A DNA stretch of 64,000 nt, taken from NCBI RefSeq assembly GCF_009914755.1, contig NC_060935.1; one strand, given 5' to 3'. The stretch comes from the human T2T-CHM13v2.0 reference genome, Homo sapiens. Position numbers and translations under genes: made by a program. Position 1 is the first letter of the stretch. The number at the start of each line of letters is the position of its first letter. Below, in pieces: positions 1-14,075 of the stretch. The notes under the pieces are model-generated. The model was not told the origin of the DNA. It saw only the letters and a list, made by a program, of their open reading frames with translations, and made no database searches.

Positions 1-123
1 CTAGATGACGAGTTAGTGGGTGCAGCGCACCAGCATGGCACAGGTATACATATGTAACTTACCTGCACATTGTGCACATGTACCCTAAAACTTAAGGTAT
101 AATTAAAAAAAGAAATAAAAAAA
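1..123 (+). mobile_element. 3' end of young L1 (L1PA2/PA3-like), continuing upstream of the window
   Basis: ctagatgacGAGttagtgggtgcagcgcaccagcatggcac...gtaccctaaaacttaaggtataat plus A-rich tail; GAG is the non-Ta diagnostic. Confidence 0.92.
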
Positions 124-190
124 AACCTGCACGTTTTGCACATGTACCCTAGAACTTATAGTATAATAAAAGAAAAAAGAAAGAAAACAA
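124..190 (+). mobile_element. Second L1 3' terminus (L1PA4/PA5-like)
   Basis: aacctgcacgttttgcacatgtaccctagaacttatagtataataaaa plus A-rich tail. Confidence 0.85.
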
Positions 191-1609
191 ATAAAAATGT
201 TTTGACTCTGAAAAAAAAAAAAGAAAACAGATTTATAGATTAAATTTAAAATTTTCCACTGGCGTACTCGAGGTAATTACATTGTTTCCTATCTACTTAG
301 GCTTTAAAATTAAAGATAGGACTTTTTTGGTAGCCCTAAATTACTTATTTTTTTGTAGTTGTCTCAGTACTCAAATTGTGAATTGAATGCAAACAAAAGG
401 AAGAAAATATATATTTATGTGTTTGAGTAACTGTGTATAGATTCTTGCATTTAATCCTTGGAAATATTCTATGGGAATATTTTATTCTAAAGTCTAACGT
501 TAAAAAACTGTAACGGACTCACTGCCACCCAGCTAACAAATGATAAAACAAAGATTTTAAGTTGGATTTGTTGAAACCAATATTGATTCCCTTGCCACTA
601 TGTCAGCCTTTGTTCTTCAACATATGAAGTGATTTTATTGAGCTTTGAGACTGCATTTTTATGGATGTATGCCTTCCTATTATTCTGCTACTAGAGAACA
701 GCAAGAGTTCTGTTTGTCATAATCAGATTTACTGTAACTGTTACCACCTGTTCCAGAAAGCTGTTGTCTTTTTTTTGTGAAAATCTGTTTTTCTTAACTC
801 TTTGATCTTTTTAGATTTTAAAACACTATCAATTTTAGGAAGCATCATCAAATTAATAAGAGCTTTTGGGAAAAATAGGTTACTGCCATGATTTCAGAAA
901 TGTTACAATATGGGAGAAAGTCATCTTAAAAATAGGAAATATAATATTTGGTATTGTAATTTAGTGCTATTGCTTAAACATTTTTCTAATTTGAAATTTA
1001 ATTGATGTTCTGGGCATATGTGCAATAAATGTCTCATCACCACATGAGGAGGATTTCATAAAAATAAGGATCTGTGCCCTTGAGAACAACCAAAACACAT
1101 TAGTAGGTTTCATTTGTGTTTCAGAAGATCTCACTGATGGCAGAATAATTAGCTTCATTAACCAAAATGCAATATGACTGTCTCCATTGTTGCTCTCAGA
1201 TGTTGACTGACGCTAATACTAACTCTAAAAAGCTTTGTAAATTCTGCCGTTATGATACAAATAACTCCTAGCAAGAAAAAAAATATCTGTGAGGGAGAGA
1301 GGACTACCACTACCTAGTTAAAATAGGTAACACATTTTACATTTCCTTCATACTATAGTTTTTCACTGTTTGTCCTTACATTTATATTGTTTTACAAAGT
1401 TACATTCAGAAGGAAAATTATATTTCAAATGAAATGTGTGAGAATAGCCTAAAACAGCTTTTTAACTTAAGATTATAGTTTAAGCATTTCTGTACATTGC
1501 CAGTCTGCAAAGCAATTTAATGGATGCAAAATATTCCCATATATAAGCATACCATTCATTTATTAGTTAATTTAACAATTACTAAGAGATTACAATGCAA
1601 TTAACAATG

Positions 1610-2470
1610 AACTAAATATCTGGATATAGCGATGAACAAAACAGTCACTGCACTTATAGCACTTACAGTTAGGAGGAGATAGATATAACATTTATACATA
1701 TAAATGTATACATTCAATGCCCGATGTTGATGTATATGTACATATATAGCATATATGTTTTATATGAGTGTGTGTTTTATCATTTGATGTCAGGTGCTGA
1801 TAAAAATAATAAAAAATAATAAAGCATTGCGAGCAGAGGGAGAACTATGGAGACTGTATTTTAGAAATAATGGTCAAACAGTGATTCTCTGATGAGGTGA
1901 CAAGTGAACAGAACCCTGGCTAAAACAGATATTGAGCATTATCTGCAGAGAGACAAGCAAGTGCAAAAACCCCACAGTGAGAACATACTTTACATCAAAT
2001 AACCTGGTGCAGCTGGATTGGAGGGCATGAGGGTAGAGCTGTAGGAGCTGGACAGGGAATGATAGTAAGGAGCTAGATGATGCATATGCCCAGTGGGCTG
2101 TTGTATGGACTATGGCTTTACCTGGAGATACAGAATTATTAGAAGGTTTGAATAGAGATTTAATATCATTTATCTTGGGTTTTTAAAAGGGCCACCCTGG
2201 CTATCATGTGGTAGGAGGAAAAGATGGATACAGGAAGATCATTTTGGAGAATCGAATGGACTTCTGTTCATTTAATTAACTATAATCAGATGTTGATAAA
2301 TGATCAGCTTTGAGCTATAATTTAAGGACAGTTTAGACAGGATTTGGGCATTTAAATCCAGTTAGTCATTCAATAAACATTTATTGAATGAACTATGTGT
2401 CAGACCCTATTCTAGATGTTAAGGAGAAAGCAGTCAACAAACAAGACAACAAAAGTGGGAAAAAATGTAC

Positions 2471-2501
<31 letters not shown>

Positions 2502-2750
2502 GGCCAGGCCAGGCTCACAAAAAATACCTTAGTGAGGGGAACAAATAATGAAAAAGACAAATAAGTAAAAACACATTACATATTAGTGGTATGTGCTGAA
2601 GAGTGAAATGTACTAAAGAGTTAATGCTTCATGTTAAGTTAAAAGAATTTGGTGAAGGATTTGATGTAGGGTACAAGAGAAAATGAGGAGTCAAGATCAC
2701 TCCTAGGGTTTTAGCCTGTGTAACTAGAATAAACTTGTTTATTAAGATGG
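1610..2750 (-). mobile_element. Degraded L2 LINE fragments (at least two)
   Basis: Reverse L2 3' end cattcaataaacatttattgaatgaactatgtgtcagacc (~2368) and purine-rich L2 body-like sequence. Confidence 0.65.
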
Positions 2751-2877
2751 CAATAGTTTCTACGTTTTATTATTCATAGGCTTAAAGGAACATTCCTGCT
2801 AACACAGATTTTCTTTCTTTTAGATTATAATTTTAGAATGCATTTCCAGTTGTGCTGTTTTGCTCTTAAAACATGTT

Positions 2878-2989
2878 GATGGATGCGCCTCCATGATCCA
2901 AACACTTCCCACCAGTCTTCATTTTCAACATTAGAGATCAAATTTCAACATGAGACCTGGACCAAACAAACCATATCCAAGTCATAGCA
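2878..2989 (-). mobile_element. MSTB-like MaLR LTR, 5' fragment
   Basis: Reverse complement reads tgctatgacttggatatggtttgtttg...ctcatgttgaaatttgatc...gtgtttggatcatggaggc. Confidence 0.8.
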
Positions 2990-3139
2990 ATATCTTTGCA
3001 TATCATTCATCAGGACAGTGATTTAAAACTATCTGCATACTCTAATATTATTTGTTTTCTTAGTTAATTTACTTCAATTTTTCTACTTCTGTTATATATT
3101 TTTTCATTTTTATTCTGTTAATAAGCATTTATTGAAAAA

Positions 3140-3256
3140 TTTTCTTTGCTTTCCAACTTTTAGGTTCAAGAGGTATATGTGCACGTTTGTTACATGGGTA
3201 AATTGCATGTCATAGAGGTTTGGCGTACAGATAGTTTTTTCACCCAGATATTATGC
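3140..3256 (-). mobile_element. Short L1 3' end (older L1PA/L1PB type)
   Basis: tttccaacttttaggttcaagaggtatatgtgcacgtttgttacatgggtaaattgcatgtc. Confidence 0.8.
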
Positions 3257-3275
3257 TGACTTCTCCAGTATACCA

Positions 3276-3381
3276 AGAAAGAAAAAGAAGAAGAAAGGGG
3301 GGGGGCGGGCGGAAGGAAAGAAGGAAAGAAGGAAGGAAGGAAGGGAGGAAGGAAGGGAGGGCAGTAAAAAAGAAAAGAAAA
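3276..3381 (+). repeat. Polypurine low-complexity tract (GAA/GGAA with a G9 run)
   Basis: Seen directly in sequence. Confidence 0.9.
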
Positions 3382-3942
3382 CAAATGTGAAGGAATTTAG
3401 AAAATAAAATGATTAGCTCTAGTCAGCGCTGTAGGGTAGGGGAAAAAAAGATCTGAAAAGACTTCATAAATGTGGTGGTATTTGGCAAATGTTCAAAATT
3501 GACTTAGCTTTCCTCCAGCAAGATGATGCTGTGTATTTCTTTTCCAGAAATAGATGAGTTATAGGAATTAAAGAAAAAAGTAAACAAAAAAAATCTCTGC
3601 CTAGAGAACTAAATTGTGAGTGGAATAGGAGCAGGAAATGAGTAATGAACTTCTATAGGTTTAATTTCTTGTGTTCCATGGAAAATAAAATAATTAATGT
3701 AAATTGTCATTTTATCTTTTATAAGCATTAAATTCATATTTAGATAATTTTAGAGTTTAGAGGACCCTTAGAGACTTGGGAAAAGGAAATTGCATGCTAA
3801 GGAAGTGGCAGATTTAGAATGAGAAATGACATCTTGTGATCCACAAGCCAGTGCCTGCTCCCCAACAGCACATGCCATTTGCCGATTGCTGTTTAACCAA
3901 ACCAGGATTTCTTGCTTCTCTAATAACCAATGGTGAAAATGA

Positions 3943-4041
3943 TGGAGAGACAGAGAGAAAGACAGGGACAGAGAGAGAGCGAGAGCAAGCGAGCGAGCGC
4001 GAGAGTGCCTACCGGGGGAAAGGAAGGAAAGGGGGAGAAAG
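3943..4041 (+). repeat. GA-rich simple repeat with (GCGA)n patch
   Basis: gagagacagagagaaagacagggacagagagagagcgagagcaagcgagcgagcgcgagag. Confidence 0.85.
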
Positions 4042-4329
4042 GATTGGCAAGGAAATAAAAACACAAAACACTCTATGCCTTACAAACTGGCAGTCAATGG
4101 TAGGGTTTTGGTAGCTGCTCCAAGAATATAACTCCAAAATTTCAGTTTCTTTCACGCTTAGGTAACAGTTCAATGCAAATCCAGATTGTGCATTTTAAAG
4201 TTTTCTGTGTTGATCATTCTTCCTCCAGTTTACCTGTGTGTCTAACTGCCTCACTCTTTATATCTTTGTGCAAATATTACTATGTTCTTTACTAAAATGA
4301 CACCCCCCACTCCTTTCACACCTTCATCC

Positions 4330-4780
4330 TTCCTATCTACGTATTTTTCTCAAATGCACTGACCACAAGACATACTTAATATTTTACTTATTTTAAAATT
4401 GCATTTCTTCTCTTACTTCAATGTTCTATGAAGGCAGAATTGTGTTTGCCACTCTAATGTCAACTTGTAAAAGAGTATCTTGCATATCAGGGTTGTTTAA
4501 TAAACAAAAGTTGAATGAATACAATGTAACTTACCTAAATATGGGGGAAACATATTATATTCACAAGCATGCGCTTTGGAATCAGATCAGAATTTGTTTC
4601 AGTTTTAGATGTACCTCTTACTAGTTTAGTGACTTTGGCATGTTCCATGTTCCTTTTTTGCTTATTATTAAATGTAGGAAGAAATTATACCCACTTTATA
4701 AAGTTGTCATCAGAATGAAAGAAAATAATACAGGTAAAGTTTCTAGCTTATTGCATGCACTTAGCAAATGTTAACCATCA
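4330..4780 (+). mobile_element. L2 3' end followed by MIR
   Basis: ttctatgaaggcagaattgtg...taataaacaaaagttgaatgaat (L2 tail); gctttggaatcagatcag...actagtttagtgactttggca (MIR core). Confidence 0.65.
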
Positions 4781-5850
4781 ATGAGTTAGGTATGGTTAAT
4801 AGGTCTAAGTGTAACCACTAAAAGCTTAGAGCTTCTTAACATATCTGGCCATTAACTGCATCCTAAGACATAATATGACCTATATAATTTTAGTTTATAC
4901 CACTAAAAACCTGATACTATTAGCTACCCATGATGTAACATATTATGTTTTAATAGTTTTTAACCATTATTTATAAAGGAATGGATATACTATAAACAAA
5001 ATTGTTTTTCCTCTGTACAATAAGTTGACTGAAATATTGAAAGCACTAGAGTTTTCCATGTCAAAATTCACGTTTAGTAGATATCAACTGATCTAATCAA
5101 ATAACTCTAAGATGTTTTGATATCTTTGAAAGGGCTAAATATATAGCAATCTGTTTTTTAATTTGCAGAGATATTTATATCACATGGAATATAAATTTAG
5201 TGAAGTGTGTCAAGAATTCTTGGTCATATAGACACCATAGAGATTTCCTATTTTATATTATTTTACATTAATTACAGCTTATTCATTGTTCATGTACATC
5301 CTTATGTGTAACTGATATTATAGCATTTTAGTTTTTGGCTATTCTGCTAGTAACCATCATTTTTCAGTGTTCTCTGTTCTTTCCTGACAGTTGTTTCAAT
5401 CCCCTGATTTTATGTTTCTTGTAATGTTTATTAAGATATTTTCTACTATTTCTCAGACTTTTTGCACCCTTCAAATTTTTCCAGCTTTTAAGAAAACAGA
5501 CTCTCAAGATCAATGCAGTTTTTAATTAAGCAAATAAATGCTTGTACAGTTCTTACAAATGTCACTATCTTCAAGTTCAAAACATGATGATTTTTTTCAT
5601 GGTTCCAATTTTATTTTCAAAAATTTGAAGTACATTGAATAGCATAGATGAATTTAATTCTTCTGAAAGTCACTATCAGTGTCAGCATTAGTAAATAATA
5701 GGCAGGCTTTCACATTACTTTTATGTGCTTATTTATTGAATGTATGGATTATTTGAAAATTATGCCACACAAATTTTATGTATTTTCTAGTATATATATA
5801 GGCTAAACTCTGGGAAAACATGAAAGAGGAGAGATTAGTATGTTTAATGA

Positions 5851-6054
<204 letters not shown>

Positions 6055-6304
6055 TAGAGCATCATTTTTAAAACCTTACAATATTCATCTACATATTTGG
6101 TTTTCTGCTGGAGAATATAAAAGAATATACATGTTAATATGTACTATTAAGAACTCAGAAGCAAAAAGTTGTATATAGAGTTGATATTCATATTTGTTAT
6201 ATTGATTCATCATATATCTCAAACAGAATGTTTAAAATACTTAATCTGAAATGTAAAATTATTCATTAATAGTCCCTTTAAGGCTTTATTTCTTCATCTT
6301 TCTT

Positions 6305-6520
6305 AGCATGACTTAATGAGAACATGGATTTTAGTATCACATCAACCAAGATTTAAATTCCATTTCTACTACCCAGTTGTAATAACTTGATAAGGCTAAT
6401 TAAACTCACTGAGAATTGTTTTTCTCATTTGAAATATGCTTCTGGTTGTCTGCTTGACAAGATTATTGGAAGACAAAATGAGAAAACCATGTAAGTGTCT
6501 GGTGCATAGCAAAAGATTGA
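6305..6520 (+). mobile_element. MIR SINE
   Basis: atttaaattccatttctactacccagttgtaataacttgataaggctaattaaactcactgag...tttctcatttgaaat. Confidence 0.65.
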
Positions 6521-7995
6521 GAATACCTTATTGAAATTATAGTTCACCAATACAAAAATGAGGTAGAGTTCAATTTTAGAAACTCCTGGCTCCAACAATC
6601 CTGCCATCCCTCAAACAAAATGCTTTCATGGACTCTTCAAAGCATGGGAGTGTTCCCATCAGATACCAAAGACAAAATGGATGCTGCTTCTTTTCATCAT
6701 TGCAAATGTAACTGATCCATATTTCCCTTTTGATGATTTTCACGACAAATCCTAGCTCAGGATAAGCTCACTTTTTTTTTTTCATTTTTTGTGTTGATGA
6801 AAAAGGAAATGCCTTTGTAAAAAAGATAGTTGGATATTAAGTGCAGTTTAACACAAGGAATGACTTAGGTTTCAATTTTCACTGCATGGCTAATAATCAC
6901 ATTCTTGAATACAATTTTCTTGGTGATATTTGATTTTGTATTTCTTGGATTAATTTTGCAAATATCTTTATTAGTCACCCACCAGTGTGTTAGTAAATAA
7001 ATATGGCAGAGACTAAATATTACTATCATGAGACCAAACTAATACATAGATGCAGGGATAATTGTGCCAGATTTCTTTATTACTGTTTGTTTGGTTTTAT
7101 TAAATTGGATCACTATTATGGGCTAATAATTAAGTTATCTTTGCAAATCAGGTGTTTATCTTTCTATGGTTACTAAATCTGCCTCCCTGTGTCTGTCTGA
7201 TAAATATAAAGGCTGTTTAGAGTCTCTACTATCTGTAAAGCACTGTTCCAAATGAACTGAGAGGAGGAGTTATAAGAGAAATTAAGATGTTGTTTCTTAA
7301 TGTGCATATAGCACTGACTGGAAGACAAACACAATATGCTGAAATAATTAGAAAATGAACTACGATTAAATAGTTTGTATTATCTGCTTTTCTAGAATTA
7401 CCACATGCCATCAATGATATCCACCATTTTATTTCTTCTCAACAGTAGCAATTTCCCAAGTTCCACTTTGACTAGACTAGAACTTTAGGATATCAAAGTT
7501 TTAAAAAAGTTGGACCTGCATGCATATTATGATTGTAACATTAACGATAAGAGAATGGTGTATGACTATGGTAACAGACCACAATAGGTCAATCCAATAT
7601 ATCTTATTCTAATGCCCTACTAAATCTACCTGATTACATACCCTTCTCCTATTATACTTCCACTCAAACTGTAGAACATCATGACACACCGGAGTGACTT
7701 GTTCTTCTAGCTTCTATTAAAATGTGTCCACTTTTATCCATTTTATAGTTTTGAGTGCAGCATAAATTCCATTCGAGCAATAACCAGAATGTTTAAATGC
7801 CATTTTGGTAGTCTACTTTTAAAGTTTATCTACAAGTGAAGAGCAAAATTACCTACTTAGACAATTTCCTTTGTGTACATTTGTCACAGGAAACCTCAAA
7901 AAAGCAATAATCTAAATTTTCATTGTTTGGGTGTCTGTATACCCTGTGTGCTTTATAAATTTGTTGGCCTTTCTCTTATTATACCCCATCATTAA

Positions 7996-7997
<2 letters not shown>

Positions 7998-8035
<38 letters not shown>

Positions 8036-8043
8036 TGTGTGTG
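7998..8043 (+). repeat. (TG)n microsatellite
   Basis: About 23 units with one interruption. Confidence 0.97.
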
Positions 8044-8145
8044 AATTAAAGCATATATATTTTCAGTTAGATCTTATGACATTGACAATTTTTATTCATT
8101 TGTGTCCTACAAATAGAAACTTCCTATGGTTCAAATGAACCTATT

Positions 8146-8196
<51 letters not shown>
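8146..8196 (+). repeat. Perfect (TAGA)12 tetranucleotide STR
   Basis: Uninterrupted 51-bp array. Confidence 0.97.
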
Positions 8197-9204
8197 TTAA
8201 ATTATATGGCTGAAGATGTGTGCCTTATAGCATCATATGTGACAATTGTGCTTGTTGTAATCTACATTGTGCATATTATGCAATGTAACCAATATTTTAT
8301 TTCTACACAAAAGTTACTCATTTGCAAAGAGATCATTTTAGTGATGACAAAGCAAATTTATGAGGAGTCAACAGAAAGGGGGCACAGACTTGAAGGGGGG
8401 AAAGTAACTCCTAATACAAACTACATAGTGAGTAATAACAAGTATTAAATTACAGAAAACAAAGCTTTCTAACAAGCTTGCCATCAGCCAAACACTAAAA
8501 TAATAGGAAATAACCCCAAGTCCTGCAACCTGATGTCTTATATTGAATTTATGAGGAAGCACTGTTGAGTTATGAAACGTAAAAACAAAGAAATACAGAA
8601 AAACATCTGACTAATTTACTAGGAGTTGTGTAAATAGACTGTATATGTGTTTAAACATTTGGTTTATCAATCATTGTGCAAACATTTTCTGAGTTGAGTT
8701 GGGGTAGTGAATTTTAATTTTTGTCAGGTACATATGCACTGTTTGTAATAATTTTGTAAGCTAATGTATTTATGAGTAACTATAGTTTGCTGTAGAATTA
8801 ATCTTCAGAACAATGCATTGTATCTTTAGAATATCTTGCTTCAAATCATAAGTTTTTAGCATGTTATTTATACTGAAATTATTCAAAATTTTACAGATCA
8901 AAAGGATCTATAATTTTGATATCTACTATGATGAAGGGACATTGATAAATAAGATACTTTATTTATTGTGAAATTATAATGCACAAAGCTTGGTATGGTA
9001 CTTTAGGACCAATATGGCAAACAGTAAATAGCTTTTGCTATCCAAGTACTAACTGGGATGCAGTTTAGGAATTCAGACATGCATATCAATTGGGAAATCC
9101 ATGAGATTCTAGAAATTAGAGGCAGCACTAAACATGGTTTAAATCTGTATTTAGTTAGCCTCAAGCTTTACAATAGGAGTTATATTTAAATATTTCAGAG
9201 GCAT

Positions 9205-9678
9205 TGTGGTAGATATAAAATTGGCCACAATCTTTTCTTTCCTGTATCCACTCTATTTTCAATGAGATTTTGCAGCTTTTCCCATCAAGAGATAGAGTCT
9301 ATTGAACAGGCCTTGGTCCTCATGTTTGTCAGTAGACTGTTGCAGGAGTAACATTATGCCAGCACTGAGCCTTGAACTCAAAAGGTCTTCAACTCCCATT
9401 CTTTCTCTTGGGATTCTCCCTTTACCATGTGAATAAGTCAGAGCTAGTCTTGAGGAGGAGAAGAGACCACAGGGACCAGAGGCTCATAAGCACAGTTGCC
9501 CCAAATGAGGCAGAGAGAGATGAGAGAATCCAACAGCAAAGGCCAGGAAAATCAGACCTATGAAAAATCGCAACTGAGACCAGAAGAGCTACCCCGCTGA
9601 GTCCAGCCTGTGCACAGAATCATGAGCCAAAGAGTTGTTTGGGGATGGTTTGTCTCTCTGCAAGAGATAATGGAGACA
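9205..9678 (+). mobile_element. MLT1H-like MaLR solo LTR
   Basis: TGTGGTAGAT...ggccacaa...ctgtatccac...tttgcagcttttcccatcaagagatagagtctatt; ends ...gataatggagaCA. Confidence 0.8.
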
Positions 9679-10031
9679 ACCACAAATGTTAAAGAATAAC
9701 ACATTGGCTAATACCAATGATTGTTAATATGAAGTTAATTCTTCCTCAGTGTCTAGGAAGATTTGCAAAATTGTCGCAGAGTTTGACACAGCATATTCAC
9801 AGCATGCATTTAATTCTATGGAGCCCAAGTATATTTTAAATAGCATAACTGAAATCACATGGTATTTAAGCAACCTATCTAAAACTTTCTAAAATTGTTT
9901 TTTTTAAAAACTCTATTTACAAAAGTGCCTTCCTTGTGAAAACATTAAATCAAGGTAAAATTCCAAGATTACTATTAATCAAAATGTGTTTATAGTTAAC
10001 AGCAGTCACAAACATGCAATGTTTTAAACAG

Positions 10032-10641
10032 TTTAATTTTTCTGGGTACAGAGTAAATGTATATATTTATGAGGTATATGGGATATATTGATACAGGCAT
10101 ACAAAATATAATAATTACATTGGGATAAATGAGGTATCCATCACCTCACGCATTTATCCTTTGTGTTACAAGCAATCCAATTATACTCTTTAAAATGTAC
10201 AAGTAAATCAGTATTGACTATAGTCACCCTATTGTGCTATCAGATAATAGATCTTATTCCTTCTTTCAAAATATTTTTTGTGCCCATTAATCATCCCCTC
10301 TCCCCTTGCCCTACATTTCCCAAACCCTGGTAATCATCATTCTACTTTCTATCTCTGAGTTAATTGTTTTAATTTTTAGCTCTCACAAATAAGTGAGAAC
10401 ATGAAAAGTCTGTCTTTCTGTGCCTGACTGATTTCCTTTAGCATAATGACCTCCAGTTCCATCCATAGTGTTGCAAATGACAGGGTCTCATTCTTTTATG
10501 GCTGAATAGTACTCCATTGTGTATATGTTCCACTTTTTTTTTTTTTATCCATTCGCCTGTTGATGGACACTTGGGTTGCTTCCAAGTCTTGGCTGTTGTG
10601 AATACTGTTGCAATAAATATGGGAGTGCAGATATTTCTTTT
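10032..10641 (-). mobile_element. L1MA-type 3' end
   Basis: gatacaggcatac...gtatccatcacctcacgcatttatcctttgtgttacaa...ataagtgagaacatg...tccagttccatccat. Confidence 0.88.
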
Positions 10642-12249
10642 ATAAAACTTTTCTTTAAGACCAATTTACTTTCTGTCTTACCTCTTGACAAAAGGCTTTT
10701 TCATCCCTATGTGGCTAAGCAATTTAAGGAAGCATTTTGTAATGAAAGGAAAGGAACATTCCCAAAAATCCATAGACTGAAGGACCTGGCCTGACTGCAA
10801 GCAAAGTTCTAGAGCAAATGAGGGGGATTCTTTTTAAGATGGTTTGGGTAAATATCGTCTTTTCTTGTTTCATGAATATGGAGAACACTGAGAACAACAT
10901 TTGAAGATAATGAGGTCCTACCGCCAAACTGTGTGATCCTCAAAACTAGAATCCCTCTCTCCACCAAGGAGCCACATCCCACATACCAGCTGAGGCCTCT
11001 AGATGTGGTCAATTTACAGGGATTATCTATAGTTAATCTAGGTTAGCAGGAATAAGCCTACGGTAAAGAATCCATGGCATCCGTAGTGGGCATTAGTGAA
11101 GCTCAGCTGCGTAGCTCTTTCGGTCTCAGCTGGGATATTTCACGGGTCCACCACTGTCACTTACGATGCCCAAATTAACTACAGATATTGCCATTAATGA
11201 GTCTGAGAATATTAATCTATTTTTCAGTTACAGTGACTTCACCTTTGAAAGGATATTGGGTATCAAATCAAACAGGAAGAAGGTTATAGACAAGGAAAAT
11301 CTGGACATGAATATTTTAGCAGTTCATTAAAATTAGATCACAAGGCCATTCACTTTGTGTCAACTGGCATTGGCAGATGGTACTCATCTTTATCTCAATG
11401 GGTATTAGAAATAATTTTCTCTAGGACTGGAGACACTGGTCATATGATGGAGAAGGTGAGAAAGAGATAGCTTTTGTAGTCTTCTACAGCATACCTTTTA
11501 TGTGGATGTCAGGAACTATTTCATTTGCCTAAATGGCTCTTTGCCTCAAATTGTGTATAGGACTTAGTATTCTGAATGTGCTACTTCCTATTTTTGTCCA
11601 GATATTGTGAGATGGTGATGACAAACTACAAGATGAATGACTAACTTGGCTCTATATGGCTGCTTTAATGGACAAGATTATACATGAAATACTAAGAGAA
11701 TAAATTTTACTTCTTTTTGGGATAGTCAGTTTCTAAAGAAAATATTAATATTCATTTAACTTTAGTACCTGAAGTAACCTTTTATTTATATTATTAAGTG
11801 GTATCCTAAATATTTAATTTTCATATAAAACATGGGTTACACAGAAAATCACCTTGGCTTATTAATCTTTTTGTCCATGTTTTTAAATGTCTCTTCTTAC
11901 CTAACATTAAGAAGTCTCCTTTTCAATCAGTCCAAAGTAATCTCGTCCTGTTTTCAGAGTCTTTGTATTCTCTGAAATACTGAAAAGGCATTATCCTCCC
12001 TGCAACCCTAAAAGGAATCTCCCTTCCTTGTGCCATTTAAGTACTTAGTTTGACCCTCGGAAACCTCTCTAAGTAAATGGTGAAGACTTGTTCTACATTA
12101 GCTGATTGCTAGTGTAAATTTTCCAAAAGATTTAGTACAAGAGTTTTCAGAGTTGCTTCAAATTTTCTGTAGACTGCTTAAACCTGGGTGTGTGCGTGTA
12201 TGTGTGTGTGCAGGCGCATGTGAGGGAGTGGTGTATATGTTATGATAAA

Positions 12250-13650
<1,401 letters not shown>

Positions 13651-13909
13651 AATTCAAAGGACATAAAACTTAAGTATTCATAGATTTAAGCCATAAATAT
13701 TATAATATCATTACCTTTTTACAATCTCATACAGCTAATAAATGACTGAGCCAGGATTTAAAATAAGATAGTCTTGTTTTCCAAACAGTTTTTCCATTTT
13801 GTTACACTGGCATGACAATAGCCATTCAGGACTTCACCTTTTTTAGCCCAATAACCATGGTAAGAAGCATTTCAGTTTCTTTGTCCTAATATGCACTGAT
13901 CACTTTTGC

Positions 13910-14075
13910 ACCAGAAGCTGTGGTAAGCACTTTATATACATTATCTAATTTAAGTTTCACAATAATTCAATGACATTAGGTAGTAATACTCTCATTTTGA
14001 CAAACAAGAAAATAAGGAATTAACAGAAACGTTTATTGCCCAAGTCTGTAAGCTAGGTGGAACCAGAGCTGCACT
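13910..14075 (-). mobile_element. MIR SINE
   Basis: taagcactttatatacattatctaatttaagtttcacaataa...ctcattttgacaaacaagaaaa. Confidence 0.7.

Noticed and set aside
3310-3360. GGAA repeats as an EWS-FLI1-type enhancer
   Set aside because: Only about three consecutive perfect GGAA units; too short and interrupted.
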